The translations under genes and the position numbers were made by a program. A stretch of DNA of 32,000 nucleotides, taken from Desulfotalea psychrophila LSv54 (GTDB lineage Bacteria > Desulfobacterota > Desulfobulbia > Desulfobulbales > Desulfocapsaceae). Below the pieces are notes generated by a model. It saw only the letters and a program-made list of their open reading frames with translations. It was not told the DNA's origin and did not search any database. Shown here piece by piece: positions 1 to 9,523 of this stretch. The DNA is taken from assembly GCF_000025945.1 (NCBI RefSeq), contig NC_006138.1, positions 510,001-542,000 on the forward strand, in the 5' to 3' direction. Within the stretch, counting starts at the first letter, position 1; each line of letters begins with the position of its first letter.

Positions 1-171
1 ATCTTTGCTGTGCACAAAATCCGTACCAAAATGTCCTTTGGAACAGAGAGAGCCATTATTTACCGCCCTCACTCTGTTTGGGCTAACCCCGGTAATAGTA
101 TTATTCTCTACTTCTAAAAAAAATGTGCACCCTGAGCCACAGTAAGGACAGGTTGTCAGTGTTTTTTGCAT
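1..171 (-). CDS. N-terminus of molybdopterin oxidoreductase / formate dehydrogenase alpha-type subunit, truncated by window start
   Basis: Manual translation of the reverse complement from ATG at 171: MQKTLTTCPYCGSGCTFFLEVENNTITGVSPNRVRAVNNGSLCSKGHFGTDFVHSKD. The CPYCGxGC...CxKGxFG pattern is the Fe4S4 domain of formate dehydrogenases. It is absent from the ORF track because it is cut by the window edge. Confidence 0.88.
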   Translation of the reverse strand, partial: MQKTLTTCPYCGSGCTFFLEVENNTITGVSPNRVRAVNNGSLCSKGHFGTDFVHSKD

Positions 172-243
172 CTCGATTGGCCAGTGGTATATATGAGTAT
201 ATCTAAAACTGTGCACAAAACATGCACAGACACATAAAAGTTA

Positions 244-259
244 GCATATTGCGTGCCAC
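244..259 (-). promoter_or_regulatory. Sigma-54 (-24/-12) promoter for the formate dehydrogenase-like gene
   Basis: The minus strand reads GTGGCACGCAATATGC: GG and GC separated by exactly 10 nt, about 75 nt upstream of the start codon at 171. Confidence 0.75.
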
Positions 260-498
260 AACGAAAAACAAAATAAATGATTGTTTTTACGAATATTTAC
301 AACCAAGACAAACCTTAGCCCGGCGACGACTGCAGACTTACCTGCATCGCCACTTGCCAATTGCAGGCAATAAATCAGATGAAGCAGAAAAGGAATTGAA
401 GGCAAAGAATGCATCGCCACTCTTTAAATCAAACTTGCTTAATAGGTGTATCAAAGTTATACATGAAGCAACTATTCACACTATTCCCTAAATGAGCT

Positions 499-2391
499 AT
501 GGCAAATATAATACCCATTGGTAGCATCCCGACAAAAGAGCAGATGCAAAGAGTTATCAGAGCATCGCATAAACGCTCAAGACAATATGGTGTTAATCAA
601 GAAACCCGTAATCTTGAGCAAAAAAGACTCTCTCCGGCAGAACTTGAAAAGAAGCAGGATGAAAACAAGGAACTGTTAGGTGCTATTGCCGCTACCATTA
701 ATGAATTTTATGACCTGATGTCTCCCGAGGAATTTCTGGTGGGTTTTGCCGATAGTGAGGGCTATATCCTCCATCTAGCTGGAGGAGACAGGGCAAGAGA
801 AACGTCAGCTGACCGTCAATTCTCCCTGGGCTACCGTTGGACGGAAAAAGATGTAGGCACCACGGCAACCAGCCTCTGCCTTCGGCTTAAAGTCTCTATT
901 CAGCTCAAGGGCAGGGATCATTACTGTAAACAGGCTCAGGGCCTCCTCAGCTCCGCAGCACCAATTTTCGGCCACCAGGGCGTTCTTCTGGGATCACTCT
1001 GCATTTTTGGCGACAAGAGCCTTATTCATCCCCACACGCTTATTATGATAACCTCGTCAGCACGCTCTATTGAGCGGCATATGAGGTTAATGCGCTGGAA
1101 TACAGAGCTGATAAGCAATGCGGGTTTTCTCGATAATGTCATAGAAGCTGCCGGAACGGGCCTACTGATAATTGACACAGACTTAATCGTTCAGAAGATC
1201 AACTATCAGGCTAAGAAAATCCTTAATGTCGATGATCTTAAGGGAAAGTCAATTTCATCCCTAAGTGGCCTCCAGCTCGATCTGGACAGCATCTTTGAAA
1301 ACCCCAGTGTATGGAAAAACAGAGAGTGCCACATCCAACATAATAAAAAAGATATTCACCTTGTCTACTCTGCCCAACCAGTACTGTCAAAGAACGACAA
1401 ACCCCTCGGGGCAGTCCTTAACATCACTAAATTTAGTAATATCAGAAAATTAATTGATAAGATCTCCGGCATTAAACCCTATTTTACCTTTGATTCCCTA
1501 ATAGGATCATCACCGGCCTTTACCAAGGCTGTTGATTTGGCAAAGCGTGCCTCTCACTCAGAGGCTACTGTACTTCTTCTGGGAGAGACAGGCACAGGCA
1601 AGGAACTATTTGCTCAGGCGATCCATAACGGCGCCAAGGGAGCGGACAAACCATTTGTGCCAATTAACTGCGGGGCTATACCCGGAGAGCTGCTTGAGAG
1701 CGAACTCTTTGGCTATGCCGAGGGTGCTTTTACCGGGGCTAAAAGAGGGGGGCGATCTGGAAAATTTATTTTGGCAAACGACGGAACCATGCTCCTCGAT
1801 GAGATTGGAGACATGCCACATGATATGCAGGTCAAGCTATTGCGCGTCCTGCAATCAAAGGTAGTCCAGCCAGTGGGGGCACGCAAGCCACTGCAAACCA
1901 ATGCAAGAATAATCGCCTCAACCCATGTTGACCTGGCAGAGGCTATGCTCCACAACCGATTCAGACGGGATCTCTACTATCGTTTGAATATACTGCAGAT
2001 TAAGATTCCTCCCCTGCGCGAAAGAGGAGAGGTAGATATCAAGGCTCTGGCCCACTATTTCCTGAGAAAAAATAATCCAGAGTTCCAATTTACTGCAGAT
2101 GCCATTGCCGGCCTGGTTGCATATCACTGGCCGGGTAATGTTCGGGAACTTGAAAACACCATCCAGCGAGCCCTGCATGTCTGCAAAGACCAAACAATAA
2201 CCGTCAAAGACCTTGGCCTTAGCAAACAAGACCTCAGCAAAAAAGCTGGCTTTCAAGGTACTTTGCTCGATATGGAAAAGAAGGTTATCGCTGAGACATT
2301 ACGTGAAACAAAATCTAATATGGCCGAGGCAGCGAGAAGACTGGGTATTTCGCGGGCAACACTTTACCGCAAGGTAAAACAGTTCTCCTAG
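499..2391 (+). CDS. AcoR-like sigma-54-dependent transcriptional activator (GAF/PAS sensor, AAA+ domain, Fis-type HTH)
   Basis: 630 aa. Walker A GETGTGKE, GAFTGA loop, Walker B (GTMLLDEIGDM), C-terminal HTH NMAEAARRLGISRATLYRKVKQ. The N-terminal part resembles AcoR-type GAF/PAS sensors. Confidence 0.92.
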   Translation: MANIIPIGSIPTKEQMQRVIRASHKRSRQYGVNQETRNLEQKRLSPAELEKKQDENKELLGAIAATINEFYDLMSPEEFLVGFADSEGYILHLAGGDRARETSADRQFSLGYRWTEKDVGTTATSLCLRLKVSIQLKGRDHYCKQAQGLLSSAAPIFGHQGVLLGSLCIFGDKSLIHPHTLIMITSSARSIERHMRLMRWNTELISNAGFLDNVIEAAGTGLLIIDTDLIVQKINYQAKKILNVDDLKGKSISSLSGLQLDLDSIFENPSVWKNRECHIQHNKKDIHLVYSAQPVLSKNDKPLGAVLNITKFSNIRKLIDKISGIKPYFTFDSLIGSSPAFTKAVDLAKRASHSEATVLLLGETGTGKELFAQAIHNGAKGADKPFVPINCGAIPGELLESELFGYAEGAFTGAKRGGRSGKFILANDGTMLLDEIGDMPHDMQVKLLRVLQSKVVQPVGARKPLQTNARIIASTHVDLAEAMLHNRFRRDLYYRLNILQIKIPPLRERGEVDIKALAHYFLRKNNPEFQFTADAIAGLVAYHWPGNVRELENTIQRALHVCKDQTITVKDLGLSKQDLSKKAGFQGTLLDMEKKVIAETLRETKSNMAEAARRLGISRATLYRKVKQFS

Positions 2392-2440
2392 GCCCACCCC
2401 TGCAATCCCCCTATCATAGCAGAGAATGCCCAGCCTACTA

Positions 2441-2473
2441 CCCCAGCTACCTCTCATCAAGAAGTAGCCGGGG
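2441..2473. other. Hairpin just 3' of dctP copy A (possible terminator or mRNA-stabilising element)
   Basis: Inverted repeat CCCC-A-GCTAC ... GTAGC-C-GGGG, just outside the stop codon at 2492. No clear U tract. Confidence 0.45.
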
Positions 2474-2491
2474 CAAGCGTGGGATTACCGC

Positions 2492-3490
2492 TTACTTGCT
2501 AACCTTATCGAGAACACTCTGTCCCCACTCTTTACCTACATCGTTAAGAATTACAGGCCAAACTGTAGTCTTTGCCTTCTTGGAAATAGCTCCAATCTCA
2601 GCATCGGTGATTGGAAGAATTACTGCACCGTAATCGGCAAGTTTCTTCTCGTTGGCTGCCTGATCTGCCTCAGCAACAGCCCAGCGTCGATCCTCAAATT
2701 TGCTTGCAGCATCCTGCACCTGCGCCTGTTCCTCGGCAGAGAGTTTATCAAAATCCTTCTGACTCATGATCAGGTACCACACCTCAAAATGGGTATTTGC
2801 AGGAAGATAATATTTGGTAACATCTCTAAATGAAGAGTAATAGCCCTCGGCCCCTGAACCAATTACACCATCAACAACACCAGTCTGGACAGCGGTGAAG
2901 GCATCGGAAAATGGAATTGGGGTACCAAGATAACCTGTCTCATCGGCAAGCAATTGGAAGGTCTTCATCGGTGGAACACGAAGCTTGAGCCCCTTAGGCG
3001 CATCTGGATTACCGTAGTTCTTCACCTCTTTATTAAAGGAGATACCACCAAAGTATACAGGCCAGGCAGCAAGCATATGAATGTTCTGCTCAGCATAGAG
3101 GCCTTCAACAACCTTACGCAGAGGTGCGCCTGCACCATAATTAGCCTGTGCCTGCTGCCAGTTCTCTACAATATAAGGGAAATAGATAAGTTGAAATCTC
3201 TTATCCGCTGCAGTAGATGGTGGCTGACAGGCAAAGGAGATCGCGCCAAGGCTGACTCGCTCCTGAACGATGGTGTAATCGCCCAGGGCACTGGCAGGAT
3301 AGATCTTTGTCTTTAACTTGCCACCGGAAGCCTCTTTCAAGGTATCTGAAAACCAATGCAAATCCTTATCAATTGCTGTTCCCTGGGGTCTTACGTGCGA
3401 AATCTTCATGGTTTTCGCCTGCACACTTCCTGCCAGCAGAGAGACACCAGCTAACAGAACGAGAGCACCGGTAATAAAACTTTTCTTCAT
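2492..3490 (-). CDS. dctP: TRAP transporter substrate-binding protein, DctP family (array copy A)
   Basis: 332 aa with signal peptide and a typical DctP-family sequence, including the central FSDAFTAVQTGVVDGVIGSGAEGYYSS region. Nearly identical to the copies at 6252 and 13012. Confidence 0.92.
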   Translation of the reverse strand: MKKSFITGALVLLAGVSLLAGSVQAKTMKISHVRPQGTAIDKDLHWFSDTLKEASGGKLKTKIYPASALGDYTIVQERVSLGAISFACQPPSTAADKRFQLIYFPYIVENWQQAQANYGAGAPLRKVVEGLYAEQNIHMLAAWPVYFGGISFNKEVKNYGNPDAPKGLKLRVPPMKTFQLLADETGYLGTPIPFSDAFTAVQTGVVDGVIGSGAEGYYSSFRDVTKYYLPANTHFEVWYLIMSQKDFDKLSAEEQAQVQDAASKFEDRRWAVAEADQAANEKKLADYGAVILPITDAEIGAISKKAKTTVWPVILNDVGKEWGQSVLDKVSK

Positions 3491-3517
3491 TTCTTACTCC
3501 TTAGAGAGATTTTTTAA

Positions 3518-4822
3518 TTAATAGCCGAAGAGTCTTGGAAAAAAGAGAGACAAATCTGGCCACAGGGAGGTCAAAAAGACTACCGGCACATAGGCAAAGA
3601 GAAGCAATACCATTGCCGGTCTAATAACTTCAGAAAACTGCCCCTTGCCTATTCGATCCCAAGGTAGAGGATAGATGCATAGGGTGGGGTTACCCCGCCC
3701 CATTCCCGTATTCACGCCCATGATCGCGGCAAACTGAACAGGAGAAACACCAATCGCCTCCATCAGGGGAAGGAGAAGGGGGGCTATAAGAATGATTGCT
3801 GTAATATCATTAACAATCATGCCAACGAAAAAGAGGAGAAAGTTGATGAGGATTAACAGTAAAACCTTATTTTCGGTGATAGAAAAAATTCCCGATACCA
3901 GGGCCTGAGGCACATCTTCCATAACAAAGATCTGACTGAGCATAAGACTGAAGACAATCATGATCATAATGGCACCAACAGCGGTGGCAGAACTCTTGGC
4001 AGCCTTGAGGAATGTCTCGACAGTCAAACCCTTATAAATCAAAAAGCCAACGGGAATAGCATAGATCACCGCAACAGCCGCGGCCTCGGTGGGAGTCATA
4101 ATGCCACCGTAGATACCACCAAGAATAATAAGTGGCATCATCAGGGCGGGAATTGCCCGGGATGTACAGCTGATACCTTCCTTAATAATCTCTTTTTTGG
4201 TAGCGGGAGGCTCAAGCTCCAGGGGAAAACTTCTGGCCATATACAGATTCACTGCTGAGAGAAGAACGGTAATGGCAATGCCTGGTCCCAGGGTTGCCAG
4301 GAAACAGGCAAGAATTGAGGTATCCGTTACCCAACCATAGATGATCATGGTAACACTGGGCGGGATGAGCAGACCAAGAACAGAGGAGTTTGAAACAAGG
4401 GCTGTGGCATATCCACGGGGGTAACCCTTGGCGGCCATGGCTGGAATCAACAGAGGACCCGTTGCCGCAACACCGGTCAGGCCACTTCCGGAAATTGCCC
4501 CAATAATAGCACAACTCACCGAGGCAACCACCCCAAGTCCACCCCGTATTCTACCTACAAATATATTTACAAAATCCAGCAAGCTGGCCGCAATACCACT
4601 CTCACTCATGATGGTACCAGCAAAGACAAAGAGAGGTATGCAGAGAAGAACTGGATTAGAAAGCTGTGAAAAGCCCCAGACCATGGTGCCTTCCATGGGA
4701 ATATCACCCAGGATAACCATGGACATCAGGGCACCACCAAAACAGTATGGTAGCGGAACGCCAAAACTGAGCAGGACCACAAGTGCGGCGAGGGCAATAA
4801 GAGAAATTGCTATGATTTCCAT
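3518..4822 (-). CDS. dctM: TRAP transporter large permease, DctM family (copy A, locally frameshifted segment, possibly non-functional)
   Basis: 434 aa, almost identical to copy B (7278..8618) except that MGGVTPPYASILYLGIRIGKV is replaced by MGRGNPTLCIYPLPWDRIGKG through a paired +1/-1. Confidence 0.88.
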   Translation of the reverse strand: MEIIAISLIALAALVVLLSFGVPLPYCFGGALMSMVILGDIPMEGTMVWGFSQLSNPVLLCIPLFVFAGTIMSESGIAASLLDFVNIFVGRIRGGLGVVASVSCAIIGAISGSGLTGVAATGPLLIPAMAAKGYPRGYATALVSNSSVLGLLIPPSVTMIIYGWVTDTSILACFLATLGPGIAITVLLSAVNLYMARSFPLELEPPATKKEIIKEGISCTSRAIPALMMPLIILGGIYGGIMTPTEAAAVAVIYAIPVGFLIYKGLTVETFLKAAKSSATAVGAIMIMIVFSLMLSQIFVMEDVPQALVSGIFSITENKVLLLILINFLLFFVGMIVNDITAIILIAPLLLPLMEAIGVSPVQFAAIMGVNTGMGRGNPTLCIYPLPWDRIGKGQFSEVIRPAMVLLLFAYVPVVFLTSLWPDLSLFFPRLFGY

Positions 4823-4826
4823 AATA

Positions 4827-5309
4827 CTAGGACTCCTTGGTGGGCTGCTGAAGAGCTATTAACTGTTTTGCATGTTTATACAGATAGCCCCCACAGTAGA
4901 CCGTCATAAGGGCAAGACCGATGAAGAGGGCACATTCAGCCCAAAACGTTGGTATGTACAGGGTAGGGCTTGATTTCCATACGCGCTTTGCATATACGAA
5001 ATAATCCCAGGCCCAGTAGGTGAGCCAGGAAGAAACTATGACGGAGGCAAGGTCCGCAATAACCCGAACAATCAATCGTGCTTTATCTGTCTTCAAAAAA
5101 ATATCAAGAACGTTTGCCTTGATCTGGCTATCCTCTCTTGCAGCATTAACAGCTCCCAAGATATAGAGCCACAGAGTGGGATAGACAAGCATCTCATCAA
5201 GTCCCATGCTGGGGAGTTCAAAAACATACCGCATCAGCACCTGATAAAATTCCATTACTGCGATCGTACTGATCAGTAAAGGCAGTGCATATTTAAAGAA
5301 CCTCTCCAT
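4827..5309 (-). CDS. dctQ: TRAP transporter small permease, DctQ family (copy A)
   Basis: Hydrophobic small-permease sequence MERFFKYALPLLISTIAVMEF...; the start was chosen by alignment with copy B (MERFFKY). The ORF track start at 5357 is further upstream. Confidence 0.85.
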   Translation of the reverse strand: MERFFKYALPLLISTIAVMEFYQVLMRYVFELPSMGLDEMLVYPTLWLYILGAVNAAREDSQIKANVLDIFLKTDKARLIVRVIADLASVIVSSWLTYWAWDYFVYAKRVWKSSPTLYIPTFWAECALFIGLALMTVYCGGYLYKHAKQLIALQQPTKES

Positions 5310-5385
5310 CCTCTCCTCCTTTAAGCAAAATGATTTCAAGCAAAAGATAAAATCCATCTCTTCATTGAATTTTTTTAGGCAATAC

Positions 5386-5569
5386 CTATCTCACTACTGC
5401 AACTACTGAGATCTCAACAGGCAAATCTAGACAGGCCGTTCTGGCTTCAACACAGGTACGGGCAGGAAGAGGAGGATGATTTCGGTGAGTGATGCTACCT
5501 ACCATATCCGCTACCCTGCCAATCTGGCCATCGAGCTACAGCCTTATTATAAATTATAATATTGCTCAT
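5386..5569 (-). pseudogene. ridA: ridA remnant (copy A), internally deleted
   Basis: Minus-strand DNA matches both ends of intact ridA (9147..9512): the 3' end (CTATCTCACT-CTGCAA...ACAGGCACGGGCAGG equivalent) and the 5' end (...ATTATAATATTGCTCAT). The centre is missing (about 184 bp against 366 bp) and the reading frame is lost. Confidence 0.8.
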
Positions 5570-5636
5570 CCCCACGAGTCTAAACACCTATTGTCAGGGA
5601 AAAATCAATCTCAGGCAATCTCTATATATACCTAAT

Positions 5637-5654
5637 ATGCTAATATCATGCCAA
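5637..5654 (-). promoter_or_regulatory. Sigma-54 promoter of array copy A
   Basis: Minus strand TTGGCATGATATTAGCAT: GG-N10-GC spacing, same relative position as in copies B and C. Confidence 0.75.
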
Positions 5655-5828
5655 GACAGATTAGTTTTATTTATTCTTATAATAATAACAATTTATATCT
5701 CACAGCGCAAACAAGTTAACCTATTGATATTTAATCATTATCAATGAATCATAAAAGCATTTTTGAGTTAAAGTACCCAGAACAAATAAAGCAGGAGGGG
5801 GAAAGAACGACGGCAAAACAGCCTCTCT

Positions 5829-5847
5829 ATGTTTCATTATGCAACAT
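5829..5847. promoter_or_regulatory. Putative activator-binding dyad upstream of copy A
   Basis: ATGTTTCAT-T-ATGCAACAT, about 175 bp upstream of the sigma-54 promoter; counterpart of the copy B dyad. Confidence 0.55.
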
Positions 5848-6206
5848 GCTCTCTGCAATTCTGCACGTTTCCTTAGAGTGCTTAGTCCTGGAGAGGGGTG
5901 TCACAAAGTAGTACATGTGCCATTTTGAGAAAAAAAGAGTGGCACAGAGGAGAGGGTAGTAAATCTCAAATTTATAAAACCAGATATCCCTAGATCTCAA
6001 AATTCAACAATTTACAAAGACATAATGGTAAAGCCAAAAGCACAAGGAGGCCGAAGACGCTATTTCAACAAGAGGGAGGCAATGATCGTTAAGAATATAT
6101 AAGCCACTCTTCACAATCAAACAAAAAGAGGGGCAAAGCTACAGAGGTAAATTTTCTACGGAGACAGATATTGGAAAGACACATTTCGTGAGGAAGGGGG
6201 GGGGAA

Positions 6207-6238
6207 CCCCGGCCACCTCCTAACAAGAGGCAACCGGG
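6207..6238. other. Hairpin just 3' of dctP copy B
   Basis: CCCCGG...CTC...GAG...CCGGG imperfect inverted repeat in the same place as in copies A and C. Confidence 0.4.
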
Positions 6239-6251
6239 AATCTAAACATGA

Positions 6252-7250
6252 TTATTTACGAATACTATCAAGAACGCCTTGTCCCCACGCCTCTCCTACA
6301 TCACCGAGAACTACAGGCCAAACAGCAGCCTTTGCCTTATTGGAAAGCGCCGTAATTTCCGCTTCACTGATTGGGAGAATTGTTGCACCGTAATCGGCAA
6401 GTCGCTTTTCATTGGCTGCCTGATCTGCCTCAGCAACAGCCCAACGTCGTTCCTCAAATTGAGTTGCAACATCCTGCAGTTGTTTTTTCTCCTCAGCAGA
6501 GAATTTATCAAATTGTTTCTGGCTGACAATCAGATACCAAACCTCAAAATGAGTATTTGCGGGAAGATAATATTTGGTAACATCTTTAAATGAAGAGTAG
6601 TAGCCTTCGGCCCCTGAACCAATTACACCATCAACAACACCAGTCTGCACGGCAGTAAAGGCATCGGAAAATGGGATAGGAGTGCCAAGGTAACCGCTGG
6701 TGTCTGCCAAAAGTTGGAGGGTTTTCATTGGTGGCACACGAAGCTTGAGCCCCTTAGCTACATCCGGATTACCGTAATCCTTCACCTCTTTATTAAAGGA
6801 AATGCCACCAAAGTATACAGGCCAGGCGGCGATCATATGAATGTCCTGCTCAGCATAGAGGCCTTCAACAACCTTACGCAGAGGGGCGCCTGGAGAGTAA
6901 TTATCCCGAGCCTGCTTCCAATTTTCTACCAGATAAGGGAAGTAGAGAATCTGGAATCTCTTATCCACGGCAGGAGATGGTGGTTGGCAGGCAAAGGAGA
7001 TCGCGCCAAGACTCACTCGCTCCTGAACGATGGTGTAATCGCCAAGGGCACTGGCAGGATAGATCTTCGACTTCAACTTGCCACCGGAGGCCTCTTTCAG
7101 GCTGTCTGAAAACCAGTGCAGATCCTTATCAATTGCTGTTCCCTGGGGTCTTACATGGGAAATTTTCATGCTTCTGGCCTGGACACTTCCTACCAGCAAA
7201 GAGACACCGGCAAAGAGAACCAATGCTCCAGTAATAAAACGTTTCTTCAT
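6252..7250 (-). CDS. dctP: TRAP transporter substrate-binding protein, DctP family (copy B)
   Basis: 332 aa paralog of 2492..3490 and 13012..14010, with signal peptide. Confidence 0.92.
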   Translation of the reverse strand: MKKRFITGALVLFAGVSLLVGSVQARSMKISHVRPQGTAIDKDLHWFSDSLKEASGGKLKSKIYPASALGDYTIVQERVSLGAISFACQPPSPAVDKRFQILYFPYLVENWKQARDNYSPGAPLRKVVEGLYAEQDIHMIAAWPVYFGGISFNKEVKDYGNPDVAKGLKLRVPPMKTLQLLADTSGYLGTPIPFSDAFTAVQTGVVDGVIGSGAEGYYSSFKDVTKYYLPANTHFEVWYLIVSQKQFDKFSAEEKKQLQDVATQFEERRWAVAEADQAANEKRLADYGATILPISEAEITALSNKAKAAVWPVVLGDVGEAWGQGVLDSIRK

Positions 7251-7277
7251 ATCTTACTCCTTAGAGTGAATTTTTAA

Positions 7278-8618
7278 TTAATAGCCAAAGAGTCTTGGGA
7301 AAAAGAGAGACAGATCTGGCCATAGAGAGGTTAAAAAGACAACCGGCACATAGGCAAAGAGAAGCAATACCATTGCTGGCCTGATAACCTCAGAAAACTG
7401 CACCTTGCCTATGCGGATACCGAGATAGAGGATAGATGCATAGGGTGGGGTTACACCGCCCATTGCCGTATTCACGCCCATGATCGCTGCAAACTGAACG
7501 GGAGAAACACCAATCGCCTCCATCAGAGGCAGGAGGAGGGGAGCGATAAGAATAATTGCCGTGATATCATTAACAATCATCCCAACAAAGAAGAGGAGGA
7601 AGTTGATCAGAATTAAGAGTAAGACCTTATTTTCGGTGATCGAAAAAATTCCCGATACCAGGGCCTGAGGTACATCTTCCATCACAAAGATCTGACTGAG
7701 CATAAGACTGAAGACAATCATGATCATGATGGCACCGACAGCGGTGGCAGAACTCTTAGCAGCCTTCAAAAATGTATCGACAGTCAGTCCCTTATATATC
7801 AGGAAGCCAACAGGAATCGCATAAATCACCGCAACGGCAGCAGCTTCAGTCGGGGTCATGATACCGCCGTAGATACCGCCAAGGATAATGAGCGGCATCA
7901 TCAGGGCTGGAATTGCCCGGGAGGTGCAGCTAATACCCTCTTTGATGATCTGCTTTTTGGTAGCGGGAGGCTCAAGCTCCAGAGGAAAACTTCTGGCCAT
8001 GTACAGATTCACCGCCGAGAGAAGAATGGTAATGGCAATACCAGGCCCCAGGGTTGCCAAAAAACAGGCAAGGATGGAGGTATCCGTCACCCAACCATAG
8101 ATAATCATGGTTACACTGGGCGGGATGAGTAGACCAAGAACAGAGGAGTTTGAGACAAGGGCGGTGGCATATCCACGGGGATAACCCTTGGCAGCCATGG
8201 CTGGAATCAACAGAGGCCCCGTTGCCGCAACACCGGTCAGTCCACTTCCGGAAATTGCCCCAATAATGGCACAACTCACCGAGGCAACAACCCCAAGTCC
8301 ACCCCGTATTCTACCTACAAATATATTTACAAAATCCAGCAGACTAGCGGCAATACCACTCTCACTCATGATGGTACCGGCAAAGACAAAGAGAGGTATG
8401 CAGAGAAGGACAGGATTAGAAAGCTGTGAAAAGCCCCAGACCATGGTGCCTTCCATGGGAATATCACCCAGGATAACCATGGACATCAGGGCGCCACCAA
8501 AACAGTATGGTAGCGGGACACCAAAACTGAGCAGGACAACAAGTGCCGCGAGGGCAATAAGAGAAATTGCTATGATTTCCATAATACTAGGACTCCTTGG
8601 TGGGCTGCTGAAGAGCAA
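7278..8618 (-). CDS. dctM: TRAP transporter large permease, DctM family (copy B, intact); true start probably the internal MEIIAISLIALAALV at about 8582
   Basis: Polytopic membrane protein with the conserved VNTAMGGVTPP motif. N-terminal residues before MEII overlap the dctQ end and are probably not translated. Confidence 0.93.
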   Translation of the reverse strand: MLFSSPPRSPSIMEIIAISLIALAALVVLLSFGVPLPYCFGGALMSMVILGDIPMEGTMVWGFSQLSNPVLLCIPLFVFAGTIMSESGIAASLLDFVNIFVGRIRGGLGVVASVSCAIIGAISGSGLTGVAATGPLLIPAMAAKGYPRGYATALVSNSSVLGLLIPPSVTMIIYGWVTDTSILACFLATLGPGIAITILLSAVNLYMARSFPLELEPPATKKQIIKEGISCTSRAIPALMMPLIILGGIYGGIMTPTEAAAVAVIYAIPVGFLIYKGLTVDTFLKAAKSSATAVGAIMIMIVFSLMLSQIFVMEDVPQALVSGIFSITENKVLLLILINFLLFFVGMIVNDITAIILIAPLLLPLMEAIGVSPVQFAAIMGVNTAMGGVTPPYASILYLGIRIGKVQFSEVIRPAMVLLLFAYVPVVFLTSLWPDLSLFFPRLFGY

Positions 8619-9069
8619 TTAGCTGCTTTGCATGTTTATACAGATAGCCCCCGCAGTAGACCGTCATAAAGGCAAGACCGATAAACAGGGCACATTCAGC
8701 CCAAAACGTTGGTATGTACAGGGTAGGACTTGACTTCCATACGCGCTTTGCATATACGAAATAATCCCAGGCCCAGTAGGTGAGCCAGGAAGAAATTATC
8801 ACGGAAGCAACATCCGCAAAGACACGGACAATCAATCGTGCTTTATCTGTCTTCAAAAAAATATCAAGAACGTTTGCCTTGATTTGGCTATCTTCTCTTG
8901 CGGCATTAACACTGCCCAAGATATAGAGCCATAGGGTGGGATAGACGAGCAGTTCATCAAGTCCCATGCTGGGGAGTTCAAAAACATATCTCATAAGCAC
9001 TTGGTAAAACTCCATTACTGCTATCGTAGTGATAAGTAAGGGCAGTGCATATTTAAAGAATCTCTCCAT
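8587..9069 (-). CDS. dctQ: TRAP transporter small permease, DctQ family (copy B)
   Basis: MERFFKYALPLLITTIAVMEF..., paralog of copy A. The ORF track begins 5 codons upstream (9084). Confidence 0.88.
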   Translation of the reverse strand: MERFFKYALPLLITTIAVMEFYQVLMRYVFELPSMGLDELLVYPTLWLYILGSVNAAREDSQIKANVLDIFLKTDKARLIVRVFADVASVIISSWLTYWAWDYFVYAKRVWKSSPTLYIPTFWAECALFIGLAFMTVYCGGYLYKHAKQLIALQQPTKES

Positions 9070-9146
9070 ACTCTTCTCCTTCAATCGATAATAATTTCGA
9101 TTGAGAAATGAGATCCATCTCTCAATCGAATTTTTTAATGCTGTAC

Positions 9147-9512
9147 CTATCTCACTGCTGCAATCACAGAAACCTCGACAAGCAAATCTGGACGAGCCAT
9201 TCTAGCCTCAACACAGGCACGGGCAGGTGCCTGTCCTTCTGGCACCCAGCTATCCCAAACGCTGTTCATCCCTGCAAAGTCCTTCATATCCCGCACGTAA
9301 ATGGTCGCAGAAAGGATTAAGTCTCTGCCGCTGCCCGCCTGCTCAAGAAGAGCATCAACCCGGGCAAGCATGGTTTCAGTTTGCTCAGTGATAGTGCTTG
9401 GTACATCTACCACACCACCAACCTGACCACAGAGATATACGGTGTTATTATGAATTACTATCTTGCTCATTCGCTGAGCTGTTTCCATTCGAGTAATCTC
9501 GCTCATTTTCAA
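9147..9512 (-). CDS. ridA: RidA/YjgF-family enamine/imine deaminase
   Basis: 121 aa; [13 protein letters not shown]...[14 protein letters not shown] typical RidA family pattern including the R-x-x-V-E region. Confidence 0.9.
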   Translation of the reverse strand: MKMSEITRMETAQRMSKIVIHNNTVYLCGQVGGVVDVPSTITEQTETMLARVDALLEQAGSGRDLILSATIYVRDMKDFAGMNSVWDSWVPEGQAPARACVEARMARPDLLVEVSVIAAVR

Positions 9513-9523
9513 TTCCTCTCTAG

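Noticed and set aside
222-491. 89-aa plus-strand ORF upstream of the activator
   Set aside because: Low-complexity basic composition with no recognisable domain. It overlaps the sigma-54 promoter of the divergent gene and most likely is intergenic noise.
6196-6204. Run of nine G residues, considered as a phase-variable tract
   Set aside because: It lies outside any coding frame, just beyond the dctP copy B hairpin, with no adjacent promoter elements.
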